Shown in pieces: positions 39,765-52,305 of a DNA stretch of 64,000 nucleotides (positions are counted from its first letter, which is position 1; each line of letters opens with the position of its first letter). Below the pieces are notes generated by a model. That model did not search any database. It saw only the letters and a program-made list of their open reading frames with translations, and was not told the DNA's origin. The position numbers were made by a program, and so were the translations under genes. Source of the DNA: an uncultured Gemmatimonadaceae bacterium (GTDB lineage: Bacteria; Gemmatimonadota; Gemmatimonadetes; Gemmatimonadales; Gemmatimonadaceae); contig CAWBOC010000009.1 of the NCBI GenBank assembly GCA_963790305.1, forward strand, positions 640,001-704,000, read 5' to 3'.

Positions 39765-40933
39765 GCAACGCTCGACGGATGCGTGCCGCCCGGACGGCGA
39801 CGTTCACCGAGTCGGTCATCCGCGAGATGACGCGGCTCGCCAACCAGCACGAGGCGATCAACCTCGCGCAGGGCTTTCCCGACTTCGCGATGCCCGCCCC
39901 GATGAAGGATGCCGCGTGCGCGGCCATTCACGGGGACATCAATCAGTACGCCATCACCTGGGGGGCGCCCGCGCTGCGTCTGGCGATCGCCGAGAAGTAC
40001 CGGCGCTGGTACGAGATGGATGTCGATCCCGAGCGTGAGATCACCGTTACCTGCGGCGCGACGGAGGCGATGGCCTCGGCCTTTCTTGCGCTGTTCGATC
40101 CGGGTGATGAGGTCGTCGTGCTCGAGCCGTTCTACGAGAATTACGGACCGGACGCCATCCTCGCCGCGGCCTCGCCAGTGTTCGTGCCGCTCGAGATGCC
40201 GGAGTGGCGGCTCGATCCAGATCGGCTGCGCAAGGCCTTCTCGTCGCGCACGCGGGCGATCGTCGTCAACACGCCGCACAACCCCACCGGTCGCGTCTTC
40301 ACGAAAGAGGAGATCTCTCTGATCGCCGAGCTGTGCATTACGCACGACGCGTGGGCGATCACCGATGAGATCTACGAGCACATTCGTTATGCGGGCGGCC
40401 ATCACCCGATCGCCACCTGGCCGGGGATGCGCGAGCGCACGGTGACGATCTCCGGCCTGTCGAAGACGTTCTCCTGCACGGGATGGCGCCTGGGATACGC
40501 GATCGCGCCGGCCGAGCAGTCGCAGGCGATTCGGAAGGTGCATGACTTCCTGACGGTGGGCGCGCCTGCTCCGCTCCAGGCAGCGGGCGCCGTCGGCATG
40601 GCGTTCGGTCCCGACTATTACAACCACATCGCGCTCGACTACCGGGCGCGGCGCGACGTCATCGTTCTCGCGTTGGAGGAGGCGGGATTCCGGTTCTCCA
40701 TTCCGGAGGGCGCGTACTACGTGCTCGCCGACTTCTCGGACTTGAGCTCGCTCGCCGACGACGAGTTCGCGCGCTGGATGACGCGCGAGATCGGCGTCGC
40801 GCCGGTGCCTGGATCGAGCTTTTACCACGATCCCGCGCTCGGTCGAAAGCTGGTGCGCTTCGCCTTCTGCAAGAAGCTGGAGACTCTGGAGCGGGCCGGG
40901 GAGCGGCTGGCCAATGTGCGCGCGAGCGTGTAG
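39761..40933 (+). CDS. Class I/II PLP aminotransferase (YbdL/kynurenine aminotransferase-like)
   Basis: INLAQGFPDF, NTPHNPTG, DEIY and SKTFSCTGWRLGY. Confidence 0.93.
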   Translation: MSNARRMRAARTATFTESVIREMTRLANQHEAINLAQGFPDFAMPAPMKDAACAAIHGDINQYAITWGAPALRLAIAEKYRRWYEMDVDPEREITVTCGATEAMASAFLALFDPGDEVVVLEPFYENYGPDAILAAASPVFVPLEMPEWRLDPDRLRKAFSSRTRAIVVNTPHNPTGRVFTKEEISLIAELCITHDAWAITDEIYEHIRYAGGHHPIATWPGMRERTVTISGLSKTFSCTGWRLGYAIAPAEQSQAIRKVHDFLTVGAPAPLQAAGAVGMAFGPDYYNHIALDYRARRDVIVLALEEAGFRFSIPEGAYYVLADFSDLSSLADDEFARWMTREIGVAPVPGSSFYHDPALGRKLVRFAFCKKLETLERAGERLANVRASV

Positions 40934-41136
40934 GGCTGGCATCCAGGTTCAAAGTTGGGACGCGGATTACGCGGATGCAGCGGATTCTGCGGATCGTTCC
41001 TGGCGCAGCGAATTCTCCTCGCTCAGAAAAAAAGCAACTGCTTTTTGCTCCTGTAGAGGAGAGATCGGGACACGAGGAGCAATCCGCCTGATCCGTTGAA
41101 TCCGCGAAATCCGCGTCCCCCCTTTGAACCTAGATG
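40934..41136. mobile_element. MITE-like element with ~28-bp terminal inverted repeats followed by 9-nt-period GCGGAT repeats
   Basis: catccaggttcaaagttgggacgcggat (40940-40967) versus atccgcgtcccccctttgaacctagatg (41109-41136); related termini at 44474-44521. Confidence 0.55.
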
Positions 41137-41202
41137 GTGGAATGTCGTGACTTTCGGCATATCTTCGGCTAGATTGCCACGCAGACCCTGAACCCGCAGC
41201 CC

Positions 41203-42222
41203 GTGTCCCGAGCCGAAATCACCACCCCCGAAGTCATCGCCGAAGAGTCCGTCGTCGAGCTGTCGCTGCGCCCGCAGCGGCTGGCCGAGTTCATCGGGCA
41301 ACAGAAGGTCAAGGACGCACTTCGCATCTACATCGACGCGGCGATCGCGAGACGCGAGCCGCTCGATCATGCCCTGTTCTACGGGCCGCCCGGGCTCGGC
41401 AAGACGACGCTGGCCGAGCTCATCGCGCGCGAGATGGGGGTCAACATTCGCACGACGTCGGGCCCCGCGCTCGAGAAGCCCGGCGATCTCGTCGGTACTC
41501 TCACCAACCTGCGCGAAGGGGACATCCTCTTCATCGACGAGATCCATCGGCTGCGGCCGATCATCGAGGAGTTCCTCTATCCCGCGATGGAGGACTACAA
41601 GATCGACATCCGCCTCTCCGAGGGACCCAAGGCGCAGACGATCACGATGCCGATCGAGCGGTTCACGCTCATTGGGGCGACGACTCGCTTCGGCATGCTG
41701 ACGCCGCCCATGCGCGCGCGGTTCGGCATCATCGAGCGGCTCAATTACTATCCCGCCGACGATCTCGAGCACATCGTGCGACGCTCGGCGGAGGTGATGC
41801 ACGTGGACGTCGAGGCGCAGGGCGCGACCGAGATCGCGCGTCGGTCACGCGGCACTCCGCGCGTGGCGAACCGGCTGCTCCGGCGCGTGCGCGACTACGC
41901 GCAGGTGAAAGCCGACGGACGCATCACACGCGAGGTCGCCGCGCAGGCGCTGGTCATGCTCGACGTCGACGAGTTTGGGCTCGACGACATGGATGCCCGC
42001 GTCCTCAAGACGATCATCGAGAAGTTCGATGGTGGACCGGTCGGTATCTCGACGATCGGCGCCGCGGTTGGCGAGGACGCGAGCACCATCGAGGAGGTCT
42101 ACGAGCCGTTCCTGGTGCAGAACGGATTTCTCCAGCGTACGCCGCGCGGGCGCGTCGCGACGCCGCAGGCGTATCGCCACTTTGGCTACACGCCGCCAAC
42201 GTCTCAGCCAACGCTGTTCTGA
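41203..42222 (+). CDS. ruvB: Holliday junction DNA helicase
   Basis: [33 protein letters not shown] and RTPRGR. Confidence 0.98.
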   Translation: MSRAEITTPEVIAEESVVELSLRPQRLAEFIGQQKVKDALRIYIDAAIARREPLDHALFYGPPGLGKTTLAELIAREMGVNIRTTSGPALEKPGDLVGTLTNLREGDILFIDEIHRLRPIIEEFLYPAMEDYKIDIRLSEGPKAQTITMPIERFTLIGATTRFGMLTPPMRARFGIIERLNYYPADDLEHIVRRSAEVMHVDVEAQGATEIARRSRGTPRVANRLLRRVRDYAQVKADGRITREVAAQALVMLDVDEFGLDDMDARVLKTIIEKFDGGPVGISTIGAAVGEDASTIEEVYEPFLVQNGFLQRTPRGRVATPQAYRHFGYTPPTSQPTLF

Positions 42223-42281
42223 TTGTGTGAGGGGGCGGCCGCGCGCTTGACAGCGCGCCGCCCCGCTCCGAAGGATAGGGC

Positions 42282-44429
42282 ATGCGACGCTTCGTTCTCG
42301 TCGTCCTCGCCCTCGCGGTCCTGCGAGCTCCCGTCGCAGAGGCGCAGACGGTCACCGACTCAGCGGACGCGCTCAGGGCGCTGGACGACGCGGTGCGAGC
42401 CGATCCAACTGATCACAGCGCGTGGCATCGGCGGGGGATGCTCGCCTGGACGATGGCGCGCGCGCAACGGCGCGTGGGCGATGGCGAGCCCGAGAAGGGC
42501 TCTGGGTTCCTTCAGGTCGCGGAGTCGTCGCTCGAGCGCGCGGTGAAGCTCAACGAGCGCGAGCCACGCTATCTCATCGAGCTCGCCCGTTTTCGCTGGT
42601 CCTCTCCCACGTCGATTGCTCGACGCCGCGCGGGCGGCATGTACGAGCGCGCGCTCGATCTCGCCCGAAAGCAGCAGGACAGCACGGCGATGGCCGAGGC
42701 GCTCGCGGCGTTAGGCGTCATCGCCTGGCGCCGGTACGAGAGCGTGGCCGACCGGCACATCTACAGCTCGATCTTCAACGACCCCGATCGCGAGGGGCTG
42801 ATCAATGACGAGCGCGCGATCGCCTATTTCGTCGAGAACGCCGCGAAGATCGCCGCCTCGAAGAACTGGTCGGGACAGCGCGAATACGACGGGGCATGGA
42901 AGCTGTTCGCGCAGGCACTCGAGGCCGACCCGGACAACCGTCGTGCACGCGCTGGCCGTTACATGATGCTGATCGACCGCAGGCGGTGGGAGGAAGCGCG
43001 GCACGAGACAATGCTTCGCCTTCGGAGCGCGCCATGCGACGCAATGTCGTGGCTCGTGCGTGGACTGGCGGCGCACCAGCTTCGCGCCGAAGGCGAGGCC
43101 ACCGTGGCGTTCGACAGCGCACTGGTGTGTATGCCGCCTGACGAGCGCGAGCGCCTCGACGCACTCGGGCGTGTGCTCTCGCCCAAGGATGGTCGCGAGC
43201 ATGCGCAGCTACCCTCTCAGGAGCGAGCGCTGACGGCACGGCTGTACTGGCTCATGTCCGATCCGTTGTGGCTCACGCAGGCGAACGAGCACCGTCTGGA
43301 ATACCTGGGCCGCGTGACGGCGGCCGAGCTGCGGTGGTCGGTGGAAGAGCTCGACGTGCGGGGCGCCGACACCGATCGCGGCGACCTGCTCGTGCGCTAC
43401 GGTCCCCCTCCCGCGGTGATCTCGTTCCCGCCCGATCCGGAGTACACGCAGGAGATGCGCGTCCGCCTGCTCTGGTGGTACACCGACGGAGTCGCGTTCA
43501 TCTTCCGGATGATGCCCGGGTATGGCACCGCCACCCTCCACTCGGAATACACCCGATACGTGCGCGGCCTCCGCGATACCATCCCGGTGTCGTGGGCGAA
43601 TCTGGGTGTCGAGCGGGCGATCGACACGATCCCCCTCCAGGCGGTGCGATTTCGCGGCGCGGGCGACTCGACCGACGTGTTCGTGATCGCCGACATCCCC
43701 GCCGATTCACTCGTGCGCGGCCTCGATCTCTCCCGCGTGGCGCTCGAGGTCGGGCTCAACATCTTCAACTGGCGGGCGGAGCGCATCGCGCGCGACTCCA
43801 TCCGCGAGGTCATCGATGTCGCGCGCGCGGAGGTGGTGAACACCCGCGCGTGGCGCAAGCGATTGCCGCCGGGGATCTATCTCTATCGCGTCGAAGCTCT
43901 GCAGCCGGACGCGCTCCGGGGGGCGCGCGCGGCGAGCCGCCTCGAGCTGGTGGCCGGTGATGGGTTCGGCATGAGCGATGTGCTCGCGGCGCGCATGATC
44001 GAGCCGAAGCCGGGGTCGACCTCGTCGCGCTGGTCGGACTTCCGGGTGCTCCCGATGACGGGGGTGCTTCGTCGCACTGAGCCGCTCGCGCTGCTGTGGG
44101 AGACGTATGCGCTTGCCGCCGACAGCGGAGTGAATCGCTATCGCGTGTCGATCACGATCGAGCAGCGCGATCGCCCCGGCCGGCTCGCGCGGATCGGCGC
44201 GGCGATCGTCGGCGGCGTGCGCGCGGCGGTTGGTCGCTCGTCGCGCGGCGAGGGTCGGGTGACGCTCAGCTACGATCGGGACGTTCCGGTTAGCCCGGTG
44301 GCGCTCGATTACCTTACGATCGACGCGAGCGGGCTCGACGGTGGTCAGTACACCGTGACGGTCGATGTCGAGGACCTCGTCGCGAAACGGCGCATGGCGC
44401 GGTCGAGCATGCTTACGATCGTCGATTGA
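42282..44429 (+). CDS. Exported GWxTD-domain protein with TPR-like repeats
   Basis: Signal peptide; helical repeats; W..SDP...T..NEHRLEY and GADTDRGDLLVRYGPP. Confidence 0.72.
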   Translation: MRRFVLVVLALAVLRAPVAEAQTVTDSADALRALDDAVRADPTDHSAWHRRGMLAWTMARAQRRVGDGEPEKGSGFLQVAESSLERAVKLNEREPRYLIELARFRWSSPTSIARRRAGGMYERALDLARKQQDSTAMAEALAALGVIAWRRYESVADRHIYSSIFNDPDREGLINDERAIAYFVENAAKIAASKNWSGQREYDGAWKLFAQALEADPDNRRARAGRYMMLIDRRRWEEARHETMLRLRSAPCDAMSWLVRGLAAHQLRAEGEATVAFDSALVCMPPDERERLDALGRVLSPKDGREHAQLPSQERALTARLYWLMSDPLWLTQANEHRLEYLGRVTAAELRWSVEELDVRGADTDRGDLLVRYGPPPAVISFPPDPEYTQEMRVRLLWWYTDGVAFIFRMMPGYGTATLHSEYTRYVRGLRDTIPVSWANLGVERAIDTIPLQAVRFRGAGDSTDVFVIADIPADSLVRGLDLSRVALEVGLNIFNWRAERIARDSIREVIDVARAEVVNTRAWRKRLPPGIYLYRVEALQPDALRGARAASRLELVAGDGFGMSDVLAARMIEPKPGSTSSRWSDFRVLPMTGVLRRTEPLALLWETYALAADSGVNRYRVSITIEQRDRPGRLARIGAAIVGGVRAAVGRSSRGEGRVTLSYDRDVPVSPVALDYLTIDASGLDGGQYTVTVDVEDLVAKRRMARSSMLTIVD

Positions 44430-44473
44430 CCGTTATGGGCGAGGCAGGTCAAGCTTTCCCAAGGGCCTAGGCG

Positions 44474-44521
44474 GGCTGGCATCCAGGTTCAGCGTCCCAA
44501 CTTTGCACCTGGATGCCAGCC
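44474..44521. repeat. Short palindrome made of the termini of the 40934-41136 element
   Basis: ggctggcatccaggt ... acctggatgccagcc; 44492-44521 is the reverse complement of 40934-40963 with one mismatch. Confidence 0.8.
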
Positions 44522-44580
44522 GCGATTGCCGTTGAAACCTGCATTGAAGAGATCTCATTTCAGGCTCCGATGAAGGTGGG

Positions 44581-45586
44581 AGGCGGACGAGCGACTACGA
44601 CTTCACGCTTCCCGCCGATCGCATCGCGCAGCAACCACTCGCCAGACGAGACGAGAGCCGCTTACTCGTCGTACGGCCGGAGTCGGGTGCGATCGAGCAT
44701 CGTCGCTTCCGCGATCTCGTTGACCTCGTCGCGCCCGGCAATGCACTCGTCCTCAACACCACCAAAGTCTTTCGCGCCCGCCTGCTCGGTCGCCGCGCAT
44801 CGGGGGCGGACGCCGAGATCCTGCTGCTCCGCGAAATCGGGGATGGCAAATGGGAGGCGATGGTCAGTCCCGGCGGGAAGCTACGACCCGGGCGGACGGT
44901 GAACATCGCACCCGGGTTCGATGTCGAGATCCTCGAGATCACCGACCGCCGAACTCGCGTCGTCCGGCCTGTGACCGGCGGATCGGTGATGGACGCGATC
45001 GAGCGCCATGGGCACGTTCCGCTCCCGCCATACATCGCGCGCGCGGACGCCGCGGCTGACGTCGACCGGTATCAGACCGTGTATGCCATCGAGCCTGGAT
45101 CGGTCGCCGCGCCGACGGCTGGGCTGCACTTCACTCCCGAGCTCCTGGCGGCGTTGTCGGCCCGGGGGGTTCGGCGCGCTGACGTCGTACTCCACGTCGG
45201 CGCGGGTACGTTCAAGCCCGTCGAGGTCGAGGATCCCGCGCAGCACGTGATGCACGAGGAGCGGTTCACCGTGCCCGCGGAAACGGCGACGACGCTCAAC
45301 GACGTGCGCCGCTCGGGCGGGGGGATCTGGGCCGTCGGCACGACGTGTGCGCGCACTCTGGAGAGCGCGGTGCGCGATGACGGAACCTTTACCGAGCGAG
45401 CGGGAGAAACACGCCTGTTCATTCGACCGCCCTATCGCTTTCGCGCCGTAGACAAACTGATCACGAATTTCCATCTTCCCCGCTCCACGCTGGTGATGCT
45501 CGTGGCCGCATTCGCGGGATACGAGCTGACGATGCGGGCCTACCGGGAGGCAGTCGATGAGGGGTACCGCTTCTACTCGTACGGCG

Positions 45587-45606
<20 letters not shown>
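44581..45606 (+). CDS. queA: S-adenosylmethionine:tRNA ribosyltransferase-isomerase; start codon unresolved
   Basis: In-frame TSDYDFTLPADRIAQQP and NTTKVFRARL upstream of the listed ORF; PLPPYI, YQTVYA, AAPTAGLHF and YSYGDAM. Confidence 0.93.
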
Positions 45607-47491
<1,885 letters not shown>

Positions 47492-47495
<4 letters not shown>

Positions 47496-48049
47496 GCCTG
47501 CTCGACATCTACGTCCTGGGAGCCCCGATCCTGCGTGAGGAGACGCGTCCCGTTACCGATGTGGGGCCGGGGTTTCAGAAGCTCGTGGACGACATGTTCG
47601 AGACGATGTACGCCGCGAAGGGCATCGGGCTCGCCGCGCCGCAGGTCGGGCGCACCGAGCGGGTGGCTGTCGTCGACGTCGATGGCGCGCGACACGTCAT
47701 CGTCAATCCGAAGATCGTGCTGCGCGAGGGATCGCAGAAGGGTGAAGAGGGTTGCCTGTCGATTCCGGACATCTATGCCGATGTCGAGCGCGCCATGCGC
47801 GTCGTCGTCACGGCGGAGGACCGCGAGGGGAAGCCGATCGAGATCGACGCGAACGAATTGCTCGCACGCTGTCTTCAGCACGAGATCGATCACCTGCACG
47901 GCAAGCTCTTCATCGACTACCTCGGCCTTCTCAAGAGGCGCGCGGCGCTCAAGAAGTGGGAGAAGCAGCGCGGCGGCGACAAGTCGCTGACGCGCACCGT
48001 CGAGGCACTCGAGGTCGCGCAGCATCACCACCGCGACGAGGAGCTGTAG
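47492..48049 (+). CDS. def: Peptide deformylase
   Basis: GIGLAAPQ, EGCLS and QHEIDHL. Confidence 0.96.
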
Positions 48050-48051
48050 TC

Positions 48052-49003
48052 GTGCGCGTCCTCTTCTGGGGGACATCCGCCTTCGCCGGCCCGTCGCTGC
48101 GAGCGCTCGTGGGCGAGGGATTCGATGTCTGCGGCGTCATCACGCAACCGGACCGCCCGCGCGGCCGCTCGCGCTCGACGTTGGTGCCATCACCGATCAA
48201 GGAGATCGCGGTCACGCGAGAGCATTCCCGTGCTGCAACCGGAGAAGCCGCGGGGCAAGGAGTTCGTGGAGCAGCTGCGTGCACTCGAGCCGGAGCTTTC
48301 CGTCGTCGTCTCATACGGTCAGATCCTGCCGAAGCCCGTCATCGAGCTGCCGGAGCGCGGGACAGTGAACGTGCACGCCTCGCTGTTGCCCAAGCTCCGC
48401 GGCGCGGCGCCGATTCAAGCCGCGATTCGGGAAGGGTTCATCGAGACCGGCGTGACGATCATGCGCATGGTGCCCGAGCTCGACGCCGGCCCCATCGTCC
48501 TTCAGGCGCGCACACCGATCGCGGAGGATGAGACCGCCGGTGAGCTCGAGCTCCGACTCTCCGAGCTCGGCGCCCTCGCGCTCATCGAGGCGCTCACGCT
48601 CATCGTGCTCGGAGAATCGAGCGAGCGCGACCAGAACGAGGAGCTGGCGACGTACGCGCCGAAGATCGAGCGCGACATGGCGCTCGTCCCGTGGGAGGAG
48701 GGGAACGGTGTCGTCGCCCGCCACATTCGCGCGTACGATCCCAAGCCCGGCGCCTTCACCGTCCGAAAGGGAGAGGAGCTCAAGCTGTTCGGCGCCCTGG
48801 CCACGGAGGAAGGGGGCGACGAGGGATCGACCAAGGCCGGCCAGGTTCTCGAGATCGACGGCACCGGGATGCTCGTCGCTTGCGGAGACGGGGCGGTGCG
48901 CGTCCTTCAGGTGCAGGCTCCTGGCAAACGCCGGATTTCGGCGCTCGAATTCGCCCGGGGACGCGGCATTGCCGTGGGCGACGTGCTGGGCAATGCGCGA
49001 TAG
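48052..49003 (+). CDS. fmt: Methionyl-tRNA formyltransferase; frameshift near 48215, probably an error
   Basis: RVLFWGTSAFA and TQPDRPRGR in one frame; NVHASLLPKLRGAAPIQ and LDAGP in another. Confidence 0.92.
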
Positions 49004-49044
49004 GCTATAGGCTTGGGCACCTACGGTCTAATATCTTGAAGGAC

Positions 49045-50373
49045 ATGGCTTTCACTGGAACGGGATCGGTCACCGAGGCGCGCCGCGCCGCGGCCGAGGT
49101 TCTCGCCGACATGCGGCATGGCGAGATGCTCGACCCTGCCTTCGAGCTGCGCGCCGCGCCGCTCGACGCGCGCGATCGCCGGTGGACGCAGGAGCTCGTC
49201 TACGGCACGCTGCGCCGCCGCGCCATGCTCGACGCCATGGTCTCCGAGCGCGTCCGCGGCGGACTCGTGAGGCTCGATCCCGACCTCAGTGACCTGCTCC
49301 GTCTCGGGGCTTATCAGCTGCTGCACATGCGGAGCGTTCCCGCCTACGCCGCCATCGCGCAAACCGTGGAGCTCGCGAAAGAGCGTCACGGATTGGGCGC
49401 CAGCAAGCTCGCGAACGCGGTGCTGCGTCGTCTCGATCGCGAGCGTGAGATGCTGGACGTCGCCGTGCCAACCGATCCGGTCGATGCCCTCGCGCTGCGC
49501 CATTCGCATCCGCGCTGGCTCGTCGCGCGCTGGGTTGGGCGATGGGGCGCGGAAGAGACGGAGCGGCTACTCATCGCCAACAACGTCGAGGCGCCGCTCG
49601 TGGTGCGGCCGTACAACATCGTGCGCGAGCAGCTCGAGGCGACCCTCGAGAGCGGGGGCGTCGAAGTCGCCGAGGCTCCGCTTTCGCGCGATTCGCTCGC
49701 GATCAAGAGCCCCGTCTCGCTCACCGAGCTCGGCGCCTATCGACAGGGGCTCTTCTTCGTGCAGGACCCGGCGGCGACGCTCGTCACGCAGTACGCCTGC
49801 GTGGCGACTGGCGCCGAGGTCGCCGACCTGTGCGCGGCGCCGGGCGGAAAAGCGCTCGAGCTCGCGCGCTCCGCCTCGGTGGTCATCGCCGGTGATCGCT
49901 CGGTGCAGCGCATCCAGCGCCTGATCGGGAATGCGCGACGCGTCGATGCCCGCAACGTGCTGGCGGTGGTGTCCGATGCGCGCACGCCGGCAATCCGACC
50001 CGTGGATGCGGTGCTGCTCGACGTCCCGTGCACGGGGACGGGCACGTTCCGTCGTCATCCCGATGCGCGCTGGCGCCTCAAGGTGTCCGACATCGCGGTG
50101 CTGGCGGCGACGCAGCGCAGCATGCTGCGCGCGGCGGCGACCGTCGTGAAGCCCGGCGGGCTGCTCGTGTACAGCACCTGCACGCTCGAGCCGGAGGAGA
50201 ACGACGTGCAGATCGAGGCGTTCCTGCGCGAGAGTCCCGAATGGAAGCTCGAGCCGCCCCCCGAGGGAACGGTCCCGGCGCCGGTCCTCGATGCCGGGCG
50301 TTTGCGCGTTCTTCCACAGCGTCATGGAGTCGATGGCGCCTTCGCGGCGCGCCTGCGGAGGGCACGAGGGTGA
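49045..50373 (+). CDS. rsmB: 16S rRNA m5C967 methyltransferase
   Basis: NusB-like N-terminal domain; VQD, DLCAAPGGK, DVPCTG and YSTCT. Confidence 0.93.
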   Translation: MAFTGTGSVTEARRAAAEVLADMRHGEMLDPAFELRAAPLDARDRRWTQELVYGTLRRRAMLDAMVSERVRGGLVRLDPDLSDLLRLGAYQLLHMRSVPAYAAIAQTVELAKERHGLGASKLANAVLRRLDREREMLDVAVPTDPVDALALRHSHPRWLVARWVGRWGAEETERLLIANNVEAPLVVRPYNIVREQLEATLESGGVEVAEAPLSRDSLAIKSPVSLTELGAYRQGLFFVQDPAATLVTQYACVATGAEVADLCAAPGGKALELARSASVVIAGDRSVQRIQRLIGNARRVDARNVLAVVSDARTPAIRPVDAVLLDVPCTGTGTFRRHPDARWRLKVSDIAVLAATQRSMLRAAATVVKPGGLLVYSTCTLEPEENDVQIEAFLRESPEWKLEPPPEGTVPAPVLDAGRLRVLPQRHGVDGAFAARLRRARG

Positions 50374-51098
50374 GGTGGCGCGGGGGTGCGCGCCGCGCGA
50401 TCCCGTACGTGATCGCCGCGACGGCGGGGTTCGTCCTCTCCTATCTCATCATCGCGTTCTTCGTCTTCCCCGCGACGATCATTCCGAGCGACCGCAAGGT
50501 GCCCAACGTCGTCGGGATGGCGTCCGACGAAGCCGTGAAGCGCCTGACGACGGATGGCTTCCGCGCCTCGACGGGCGAGCAGCGCTTCCACGCCAGTGCG
50601 CCGAGCGGCACGGTGCTGGAGCAGGAGCCGCCGGCAGGCTCCAACGAAGCCAAAGGCGCCGAGATCGTGCTCCACGTGAGCTCGGGTCAGCGTCGCGGCG
50701 AGGTGCCTAACGTCGTCGGCATGACGCGGCAGCAGGCAGAGCTGGCGATCGAGAATGCCGGTCTGGATGTCGGGGATGTGCAGGAGATTCGCGCGCAAAC
50801 GCCGCGCGGAACCGTCACCGCCTCCCAGCCGGTCGCGGGCTCGCGAGTGACAGTGCCTTCGTCGGTGACGCTGACCGTCAGCGTGGGGCCGGCGTCGGTG
50901 GACATGCCCAATGTCGTCGGCGAAAACTACTCGCGCGCGCGCACCGTGCTCGAGCAGCTCGGGCTTCGCATCGGTGACGTCAACGTCGATTCGACGAGCC
51001 TGGCGCCGGGCAACATCGTGATCGCCCAGACGCCGGCGGCGGGACGCGCGGTAGGAGCAGGCGCCCGCGTGGCGCTCACGATCTCGGGGCGACCGTGA
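50370..51098 (+). CDS. Membrane-anchored PASTA-domain protein (three repeats, no kinase domain)
   Basis: TM helix followed by three (V/M)PNVVG...Q.P.AG repeats. Confidence 0.88.
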   Translation: MRWRGGARRAIPYVIAATAGFVLSYLIIAFFVFPATIIPSDRKVPNVVGMASDEAVKRLTTDGFRASTGEQRFHASAPSGTVLEQEPPAGSNEAKGAEIVLHVSSGQRRGEVPNVVGMTRQQAELAIENAGLDVGDVQEIRAQTPRGTVTASQPVAGSRVTVPSSVTLTVSVGPASVDMPNVVGENYSRARTVLEQLGLRIGDVNVDSTSLAPGNIVIAQTPAAGRAVGAGARVALTISGRP

Positions 51099-51760
51099 GC
51101 ATTCGGATCGCGCCGTCGATCCTGAGCGCCGACTTCGCTCGGCTGGGCGAAGAGATCGCCATGGTCACCGAGGCTGGCGCGGACTGGATTCACGTGGACG
51201 TGATGGATGGGCGATTCGTCCCGAACCTTACCTTCGGTTCGAAGGTAATAGAGACGGTGCGCAGGCTGACCGATCTGCCGATCGACGTGCATCTCATGGT
51301 CGTCGAGCCCGAGAAGTACCTGGAGGACTTCGCCGCCGCCGGCGCGTCGGTTCTCACGGTGCATCCCGAGGTGTCTCCGCATCTCCACCGGCAGCTGATG
51401 CGCATCAAGGAGCTTGGCTGCCTGGCGGGCGCGTCGTTGAATCCCTCGACACCCCTCGACGCGGTTTATGAGGTGGCAGGCGATCTCGACCTGCTGCTGA
51501 TCATGTCGGTGAATCCCGGATTCGGCGGGCAGACGTTCATTCCGGCATCGATCGACAAGATCCGTCGCGCGCGCGCAATGCTGGACGAGGTGGACAGCCG
51601 GGCGGTGCTCGAGGTGGACGGGGGCATCAATCGAGAAACGATCGCTCAGGTGTGGCACGCGGGCGCCGACACCTTCGTCGCCGGGAACGCGATCTTCAAG
51701 GCGAAGGATCCGCGGGCCGAGCTGCGCGCATTGCGGGCGAAGTGCGCGGTGGCCGCATGA
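51095..51760 (+). CDS. rpe: Ribulose-phosphate 3-epimerase
   Basis: IAPSILSADF, HVDVMDG, MSVNPGFGGQ and EVDGG. Confidence 0.97.
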   Translation: MSIRIAPSILSADFARLGEEIAMVTEAGADWIHVDVMDGRFVPNLTFGSKVIETVRRLTDLPIDVHLMVVEPEKYLEDFAAAGASVLTVHPEVSPHLHRQLMRIKELGCLAGASLNPSTPLDAVYEVAGDLDLLLIMSVNPGFGGQTFIPASIDKIRRARAMLDEVDSRAVLEVDGGINRETIAQVWHAGADTFVAGNAIFKAKDPRAELRALRAKCAVAA

Positions 51761-52305
51761 CGAGGAAGGAACAGTGGGCCTGGGTGGGCGCATTCGCGCT
51801 CGTGCTCGTGGGCGGCGGAATCGTCGCTGGGCATGCGCTCAAGGGCGGCCTGTCCCCTGTCACCCTCGGCAGCCAGGCCCCCGTCTTCGAAGCGAACACC
51901 ATCGACGGGCAGTCGGTGAAGCGGACGCTGGAGGACTATCGCGGGAAGGTCGTGCTGCTCAACATCTGGGCGACCTGGTGTGGCCCCTGCATCGTCGAGA
52001 TGCCCACGCTCGAGGCGCTGCATCGTGAGTTCAAGGACACCGATCTCAGGATCGTCGCCGTCAGCATCGACCAGGCGCAGACGGAGCATGCCATCAACGA
52101 CTTCGTGAGGAAGCTCGGCCTCACCTTCGAGGTGCTGCACGATCCGGAGGGCGACATTACCCGCGACTATCAGGCGATGGGCTATCCGGAGACGTTCGTG
52201 ATCGGTCGCGACGGCGTCATTCGCAAGAAGGTGATCGGCGCGTCGGACTGGCACTCCGAGGGGAATCGCGCGCTCGTCAGGCAGCTTCTCGCCGAGCGCG
52301 TGTAG
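51757..52305 (+). CDS. TlpA/ResA family thiol-disulfide oxidoreductase
   Basis: TM anchor; LNIWATWCGPC; cis-Pro motif YPETFVI. Confidence 0.92.
   Translation: MTRKEQWAWVGAFALVLVGGGIVAGHALKGGLSPVTLGSQAPVFEANTIDGQSVKRTLEDYRGKVVLLNIWATWCGPCIVEMPTLEALHREFKDTDLRIVAVSIDQAQTEHAINDFVRKLGLTFEVLHDPEGDITRDYQAMGYPETFVIGRDGVIRKKVIGASDWHSEGNRALVRQLLAERV

Noticed and set aside
48052..49003. Programmed frameshifting or true pseudogenisation of fmt
   Set aside because: No slippery sequence is evident, the gene is normally near-essential, and similar indels are scattered across the contig.
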